Assembly (NCBI RefSeq): GCF_006345805.1
Contig: NC_042997.1
Span: 12,276,001-12,340,000 of the forward strand
Direction: 5' to 3'
Length of the DNA: 64,000 bases
Source: Octopus sinensis
Taxonomy: Eukaryota
Positions 56,681 to 64,000 of the stretch are shown here, piece after piece. The stretch's first letter is position 1. Each line of letters opens with the position of its first letter. The notes beneath the pieces are model-generated. The model was given only the letters and a program-made list of their open reading frames with translations, did not search any database and was not told where the DNA came from. Position numbers and translations under genes: made by a program.

Positions 56681-59392
56681 CAACGCCAAACACGAAGGAT
56701 GTGCTGTCAGAGCTAGGATGCGTGCTCTAAGGAACGAAGGTGTTGGAGCCGCGAGAGAGGCCCGGGTGGCAGAGGCGCAACAGGGCAACAAAGCCACCAT
56801 TCGGTCACTGGTAGATGAACAGGGGCGCGAATTGCTCGAGCCAAATAAAATGTGTGAGGCCTTTCAGCAACATTTTGCCCGACTGTTCGGAACGAGTGGA
56901 GGGCAAGAAAAGGTAGGTGGACTTCAGTGCCTACCTACATAGCCTACCACGACTCTCGACAAGAAAGGCAGGGTGCTGCGAAGGTGCCATCACGGCGGCG
57001 GAAGTGCGGGAAGCGATGGCAGAATGCTCGAGGGACAAATCACCGGGTTTGGATGGTCTCTACCCTACGAGCTTTACAATTGTATGCCAGACTTGTTTGG
57101 AGATCTCTTGGCGGCGGTGTACTGCAACTGGCAGCAAAACGGGAGCATTCCTGGTTTTGTGAGCCGAGGAGCCGTAACACTGCTGAAGAAAGATCTAAAC
57201 AAGGGAAATGTAATAGATAACTTTAGGCCCATCACTCTGCTTAATGCAGACTTGAAAATTTTGGCCAAGGTGTTAGCCAAGAGGTTGGCGCTTGTCATCG
57301 AGAAACTGGTCGACAAGGCGCAAACATGCGCCGTGCCAGGCCGGACCATCCATGACAACCTCCATCTGATGCGCTACATCATAGACAGGGTAGTTAACGA
57401 ACCTGGCATGGGTGGGGCCCTGATCAACTTGGATCAATCGAAAGCCTTTGATAGGGTAGACCATCGATACTTGGAGGCAGTCCTGAGAGCGGCTGGTTTC
57501 GGTCCCGTCTTCCGCGGCTGGATAGCTGCCTTGTACAGAGGCATCCGTTCGGTAATTCGCGTAAATGGACATCTATCGAGACCTTTCGACATTGCACGTT
57601 CGGTCCGTCAGGGATGCCCCTCTCGGCGCTTCTATACGTATGACTCTTGAGCCACTACTGCGGAAGCTGGCGACTCTAAGGGGCATCCCGCGAGAATTGG
57701 GATGCGGGACGAGCGTGTCTGCATACGCGGACGACGTCACCGTCATAGTGTCAAGCCACGAGCACATCGAGAGCGGTGGGTGAGACACTGAAAAACTACG
57801 AAGCGGTGACAGGAGCGAAAATCAACCGGGAAAAGTCAGTGGGCTTGCGACTAGGCACCTGGAGAAGCAAGCCCATGCCGTCCACCAGCGCCTCCGTCGT
57901 GGGACGCTGGACCGACACGGCCCGGTTGAGTTGCTCGGGGTCTGGTGGTCCGGACCTCCAAGTGGAGAAGAACTGGAACGAGATAACGAGTAGGGTGGTC
58001 ACTCTCGCCCGGCAATGGGCCGAGAGGAAACTGTCCCTAAAAGGTCGAGCGGAGGTGGCGAACACGTACATCGCGTCCGTCATCTACTACCGCCTGACCG
58101 TCGTACCTTGTCCCGACCCTACCATCACCAAACTACAACGCATCCTCTTCGCTTCTTGTGGAAAGGATGCGTCCCGATGGTCAGGCGATCCATTGCTGTC
58201 AACACCGTTAAAAGGAGGGCTGGGCATGCCGTGGTTGATGATGCGCAGACACGCGCTGAGACTGCGACATCTCTGGCTCTATGTAGACGACGGTGAACAG
58301 GTGTGGTCGCCGTTTGTGAGGCACGCTTTCCCGCAGCTCGTCTCCATGACCGAACTGCAGTCGTGGATAAAAAGAGGCCGAGGAAGGGCGAATGGCACCG
58401 CGAGTGTCGCGTTGCTCTCAAGCAACTCTGCCGTCCTGGGTCGACCTTAAGTGACTTCAACACAACCAAAGCATTCTATAGGGGTTTAGTGGAGGGGAGG
58501 TACGACGACGAGCTCGGGGCGAACCTAGACGTCGACGAGGAGTACCTGACCCGCCTGTTCGGGACGACTTTCGGGCCAGGGCCCATGGACAACTTCCAGA
58601 GATCCCTGGCCTGGCAGTGCTACCGAGAAGCGCTACCCGTTCGGGATAAGCTCTACAGACACGGCTCGAGAAACACGGGGCCGACCTGCCCGAGATGCGG
58701 TCAGAGCGACGAAACCGTTCTGCACGCACTCGTTCAGTGTCCAACAATTTCCGACCTGTGGGCTTATGTCGAACAACTGCTGTCACGTGTGGGACGAGTC
58801 GGTTTATCAGCTGAGTCTATCGTCAATATTGTCACGCCTCCTTCCTTCAAACGGGAAGGAAGAGCTATTTTCATCATCCTTGTGGCTATGGCGAAAGAAT
58901 GTATCTGGTGGACGCGTCTGAAAGGATTGGAGACAAACACTTTCCTCTCTGGTCAATCTCTCATCAACTTCTTCAAGTACCACTTGAAAAGGAAAGTGAG
59001 AGTAGAGAGGCAAGTTTTGTCTAGCGAATGTTTTAAAAAAGATGGGTGAATGTAGCAAGAATGGCACGTATGAATGACGAAGCCACCTTGAGCATAGTCC
59101 TATGAACCCAGAAATCGAAAACAGAGAGTTGCTTATTTGCAAAAAAAAAGAAATATAAAATGTGACTTCATTGACCGAGGTTACCGTGGTCTTTTCCGTA
59201 GGCTTTTCTTTCCACGGGTAAACCTCACCTGTCCTCCCCTTTACACTTCATATTGACATTTCTGTGATAACGATCCCTATTGATCAATTTTTTTTCCTCC
59301 CCCCCCCTTTTTTTTTTTTTTTTTTTTAACCCCCCCCCTTTTTTTGTCCTCTTTCCTTTTTACGATCCCTTTTGATCGAACCTCCCCCTTTC

Positions 59393-59425
<33 letters not shown>

Positions 59426-59494
59426 CTTCAAAAGAAAAGCTCTACCTTGTAATTTGTTCTATCTGTGTGCAGCCCTGTGTGGCTAATAAAGAAA
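56679..59494 (+). mobile_element. 5'-truncated L1/Tx1-clade LINE: ORF2 linker, RT, C-terminal CCHC, 3' UTR
   Basis: GCAVRARMR linker; KSPGLDG; NFRPITLLNADLKILAKVLAKRL; QTCAVPGRTIHDN; LDQSKAFDRVDH; SVRQGCP; AYADDV; CPRCGQSDETVLHALVQCP; stop ~59105. Ends agccctgtgtggctaataaagaaa. (TCTA)n on both sides. Several frameshifts. Confidence 0.93.
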
Positions 59495-59541
59495 CATATC
59501 TATCTATCTATCTATCTCTCTATCTATCTACCCATCCATCC

Positions 59542-59586
<45 letters not shown>

Positions 59587-59816
59587 CATATTTTACTGTT
59601 TGTCAGCTTATCAACGTGCAGATATGTATGTTTGTTATTTGGTGGCCATATTCATCTCAACATGCTTCTAGTTATGTATATGTACGTTCAAATGTAATAG
59701 CGTACGTCTGATATTATTTATGCATAAAATACATGCCAATATATAAATGCGTGAGTGTGTGAGTTTGTATGTATGTATGAATGTATGTATGTACACACAC
59801 ACATACACACACACAA

Positions 59817-59849
<33 letters not shown>

Positions 59850-59973
59850 CGTGTGTGTATGTTTGTAACTTTCATCTCTATTTGTTCCTGTTATTGGATT
59901 GCGGCCATGCTGGGCATGGCTTCGAAGTACTTAGTCGAACAAAACGACATCGGAATTTCTTTTGTTTGTCACT

Positions 59974-60005
<32 letters not shown>

Positions 60006-60039
60006 TGTCATCGTCATCATCATCATCGTCTTCTTCTTA

Positions 60040-60385
60040 TTATTATTATTCTTATTCTTCTTCTCTCCTCCTCTCCTTCTTCCTCCTCCTCTTTTCCCGC
60101 CCCCTCTTCTTCCTCCTCCTCTTACTCCTCTTTCTGCTCCTCATCCACTTCCTCCTTCTCATCTTCATCCTCCTCATCTGCCTCCTCCTCCTCCTCTCCC
60201 TCTTCCTCTTTCTCCCCTCCACTTCCTCCTTCTCCTCCTCCTCCTACCTCCCTTCGTCTCCCTCCTCCTGCTGCGCCCCTCGTCTTCCTCTTCCTCCCCC
60301 TCCTCAACATCCTCCTACCTCCCCTCCCCTTCCTCCTCCTTCTACCTCTCCTACATCTACCCCTCCTCCTCCACCTCCTTTCGCT
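60040..60385. repeat. ~345-bp polypyrimidine (CCT/CTT) tract
   Basis: Almost purine-free plus strand. Confidence 0.9.
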
Positions 60386-60865
60386 CTGTGTCGTCCAGAT
60401 AGGCAAATGAGCAGAGGTAAGTAGACAGGTGGTATCGATTTGCGCACTCCCGTATGCACACACACACAGACACATTGTTACTATTAGGTGTGTGTCTATG
60501 TCAGTTTCGTATTGAGTGACAGTGTTAATTGCCACTCCACTGTTGCTTCTTTACTATTTGCCTCTAAATATGAATATATGCTACACGCAGATATCTCTAT
60601 AAACACTCACTCACGCATATTTGTATGTATGTATCTATGCACGTACGTATCTATCTCTGCATCTATCTACCTATCTATCTCCCATCTCCCTCCTCCACCC
60701 TCTCTCTCTTTATATATATATATATCTATATATATATATATATATATCTATATCTATATATATATATAACGGGAAGCTTTATGAAAATAGACAAAAGACG
60801 AAGGCAGGTGGAAAACAAACAAACAATTGTATTAGTATGGCGCTCAGGAAATATATATATATATA

Positions 60866-61136
60866 GGCAATGGCCTAGTGGTTAGGGCAGCGGACTGGCG
60901 GTCGTGGGATCGCGGTTTCGATTCCCAGACCGGGCGTCGTGTGTGTTTATTGAGCGAAAACACCTAAAAGCTCCACGATGCTCCGGCAGGGGGTGGTGAT
61001 CCCTGCTGTACTCTTTCACCACTCTTTCTCTCACTCTTTCGTCTGCGGGGTGGCGTCATTCGAAGGCTAAAACAATGCGAACGCATTGTGACCAGCGATG
61101 TGTAGCAACATCTGATGGTCTGGTCGGTCACGTGAT

Positions 61137-61143
<7 letters not shown>
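60866..61143 (+). mobile_element. SINE family C head with alternative tail 3
   Basis: Head and body match 8094-8275 up to ctttctctcactctt, then ggggtggcgtcattcgaaggc...ggtcggtcacgtgatcacgtga. Confidence 0.8.
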
Positions 61144-61168
<25 letters not shown>

Positions 61169-61299
61169 TGAAGTATATTAAGGTCGTAACCTCAACCGTG
61201 TTTTTTCTGTTGTGATTTTTGCTACCCAGGTATCGGTTAAATTTTGAATAATCCGTAACAAGATAATTCATTTATCCATTTCAATATATATATATATAT

Positions 61300-61338
<39 letters not shown>

Positions 61339-62520
61339 ACCATTTCCGGATGTAGTTCTGGTTCTGGGATGGATTCTGCTCTTTCGTTGAGTGATAACCT
61401 TTGCCACTCTGATTGGATATGATTACAGAGTACACATTTTTAAAATTCTACCCGGGAAAGTTACCATAGCAACTGAACACGTCAATGACGAACAGAGGGC
61501 AACTCTTTGATAAAACTGAGAAACACTCAGATGACGAAGACACTAACTGCCAAGTTCACTCACATTTCATTGTGTGTAAAGGTGTTTTATAATCGAGGTA
61601 TGGCTGGACTAGAACTGTTTTACTAATTCCTATGCAGTTTGCTTCGAATTTCTTTAACTAAGAAGTTCAACATTGACAGAACTTGGCCGTACAGATTGAG
61701 GGGAAACTGCAAAAGAAAAATTTCCGAACTGAATTAGTCAAACAATGTTTGACAAGTCCGGACAATTAAAACTTCATTCCCATAGACAAAATGAATATTT
61801 GTTGCTACTTTTAACCCTAACCTTAAGCCTCTTTGAATTCCTACAGCTTGCAGTGCCTGATATAGGTTTGTTCTAAACTCATTCTCAAAGGGTAGACTAA
61901 TACGAATTTAACCATTATAGAATTAGAGTATTTTACAAAGAACACACACACACAAACACAAACACACACACACACACACACACACAAACAGAAACACACA
62001 CACACACACATACACGCACATATTAACACATAGCAGTGTAAAAATTAATACTTACTTTACCGTAAATATTGAAAATATACGCTAAACGTGTTTATGTCAA
62101 GAATGTCACAAGGTGTTCCAACAAAATAATGCTAATATCAGTCGTCATCTTGAGCTCGAAATGTGAAACTTGATCGTTGTGAAGTTTGAACAGTGAACCA
62201 GGATAGAAGAAACTAAAAATTTATTACAAAGCAAGCACTGTTCTTTTACGAGTGTGACCTCATCATTCACGGCTCAGTATTCCCAACGATTCTTCTATAG
62301 CTTTCTGTTTCTGGAACACGAATTGGAATTGATTTTGGGGAAGCCTAGAAAGGTAGTGGTATCAGATATTGCAGAAGGGCAGCAGCTTTAGAGGAAGAAG
62401 ATTAGTCGATTACATTGGCCCCTGACTTCAGCTGGTACTTCTTCCAGAATGCTGCAAAGTATTTTTCCCAACGCGCAATAATTCTTCCCGCCTGCGGCCT
62501 TAAGGTAATCATGATAAAGG

Positions 62521-62933
62521 GTTTAAATATCTGTTTCTTTATTGCCCACAGGGGGCTAAACATAGAGATGACAAACAAAGAGATTAACTCAATTATATCG
62601 ACCCCAGGGCGTAACTGGTACTTATTTATTCGATCTCGAAAGGATGAAAGGTAAAGTCGACCTCGACGGAATTTGACCTCAGAACGTAATGGCCTACGAA
62701 ATACCTATTTCTTTACTACCCACAAGGGGATAAACACAGAGAGGACAAACAAGGACAGACAAACAGATTAAGTCGATTATATCGAGCCCAGTGCGTAACT
62801 GGTACTTAATTTATCGACCCCGAAAGGATGAAAGGCAAACTCGATGGAATTTGAACTCAGAACGTAACGGTAGACAAAATACGGCTACGCATTTCGCCCG
62901 GCGTGCTAACGTTTCTGCCAGCTCACCGCCTTT
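62521..62933 (-). mobile_element. SINE family B tandem dimer (complete copy + headless copy); a further diverged copy at ~62985-63122
   Basis: Minus-strand head aaggcggtgagctggcagaaacgttagcacgcc; tail ...gtagtaaagaaataggtatttc runs straight into a second body. Confidence 0.85.
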
Positions 62934-64000
62934 AGATATTGACACACGGCCAGCAAATTTAGGTGAGAGGTAATTTGGTTTAAATCAACCTCAGTGCTCA
63001 ACCGCAACTTATTCTATCGATCTCAAAAGAATGAAAAGTAAAATTGATCACGGCAGAATTTGAACCCAGAACATAACGAACCAAGGAAAATGCTGCAAAG
63101 CATTTTGTCGAATGCGCTATCAGCTCCTCCATCTCGCCACCTTAAATGCATGAAACAGAATAATCAATTCATTTTTGTTACTGTCTAGTAGAGAACAAAG
63201 ACTATGCAAACCTGGCAGGAAAATAGCCGCAGCTCTTGAGCTGAAACTAGTAAAAAGAATTAAAATATGAAAAGGAAGTACCTGAATACAACACTGACTC
63301 AGTGAAACTGTCACTATCTCTGAAAGTTACCTATATATCGAAGTGTTATTTCTTGTCATTCTCAACGAAACTTCAGTTTGGCTGAGTTGGCGGAAAACAT
63401 TGTTTGGTGCAAAAGTGGTAGGATATTTCTGAAGATCAAACGTATTTATTGTTTGGATTGAAATCTTTTTATCGTCAACCTGTTGATAACATTAAGCTTT
63501 GTTTTGATGTTCTACTGAAATTTCAAAAACGCTGAATTGTTAATCGGTAATGCGAAACTTTCTGGTAATCGTAATATATATTTTTGTGGCTGTTGTCTTT
63601 ATATTTTTCTTTATTTTTCACAGCTATACATCACCATTTATGTTTTACTAAGGAAAAAAGATTACGAAAAAAGAAGGCAACGGCAGGTGGTTTTCTTTAA
63701 AATGGTGTTAGATAAAACTTTTAGGTAAAGAATACCAAAGGAAGAATAAACTGCTGATCAAGTCAAGCCACAGGAAATAAAAGTATTCAATCGTAACATG
63801 TATGAACATTGCTGTAGCAGCTAGATACAATAAACGGAGTACTTATTTGATCTTAGTTTATTTAATGTATATTACCTTAGAGAGAACTGAAGATGGCCAT
63901 GTTTACAGACTACATGCACGAATACCTGAAAAGACAGAAGTTCGCATTTTGTTACTAGACTGATGTTTTATTCACGAAGAGAGCATTTAGCCCTCAATAT

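Noticed and set aside
61525-61560. atgacga agaca ctaac tgcc resembling a minimal hammerhead
   Set aside because: C3 and GAAA are both absent.
62521-62933. Repeated ~30-60-bp segments that could suggest a CRISPR-like array
   Set aside because: They are tandem SINE B copies in a eukaryotic context; no repeat-spacer periodicity and no cas genes.
63880-63935. CTGAAGA tggccatgt...acatgcac GAAT
   Set aside because: GAAA, helix III and helix I are missing; too decayed to call.

Overview
AT-rich, microsatellite-saturated eukaryotic DNA with no host protein-coding gene, tRNA or rRNA that I can support. It is probably intergenic or deep intronic. The repeat families resemble those of octopod cephalopods (inference from remembered SINE sequences, not a search). 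Nearly all ORFs in the supplied track are translations of (TA)n/(TG)n/(AAT)n/(TCTA)n arrays. The real coding remnants are all transposable elements: a 5'-truncated L1/Tx1-clade LINE (56.7-59.5 kb), a 5'-truncated CR1-group LINE (29.1-30.9 kb), two 3' fragments of a second CR1 family, two different restriction-like-endonuclease (R4/Dong-type) fragments, an ORF1-only L1/Tx1-like element, and four Tc1/mariner-superfamily relics. There are also about 25 SINE copies from four tRNA-headed families, Helentron-like non-autonomous elements and MITEs. Three patterns stand out. (1) A dense population of type I hammerhead ribozyme motifs: three near-intact and several decayed, some with very long helix II and palindromic helix III, one inside a tRNA-headed element that occurs as a head-to-head palindrome. 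(2) Retroelements that each sit inside a different microsatellite class (AAT, CATA, TCTA, TA). (3) SINE 3' tails that match LINE tails present in the same window, with covarying stem-loops. Many frameshifts and single-base indels may be long-read assembly errors. All structures were folded and aligned by eye, and coordinates of decayed elements are approximate.
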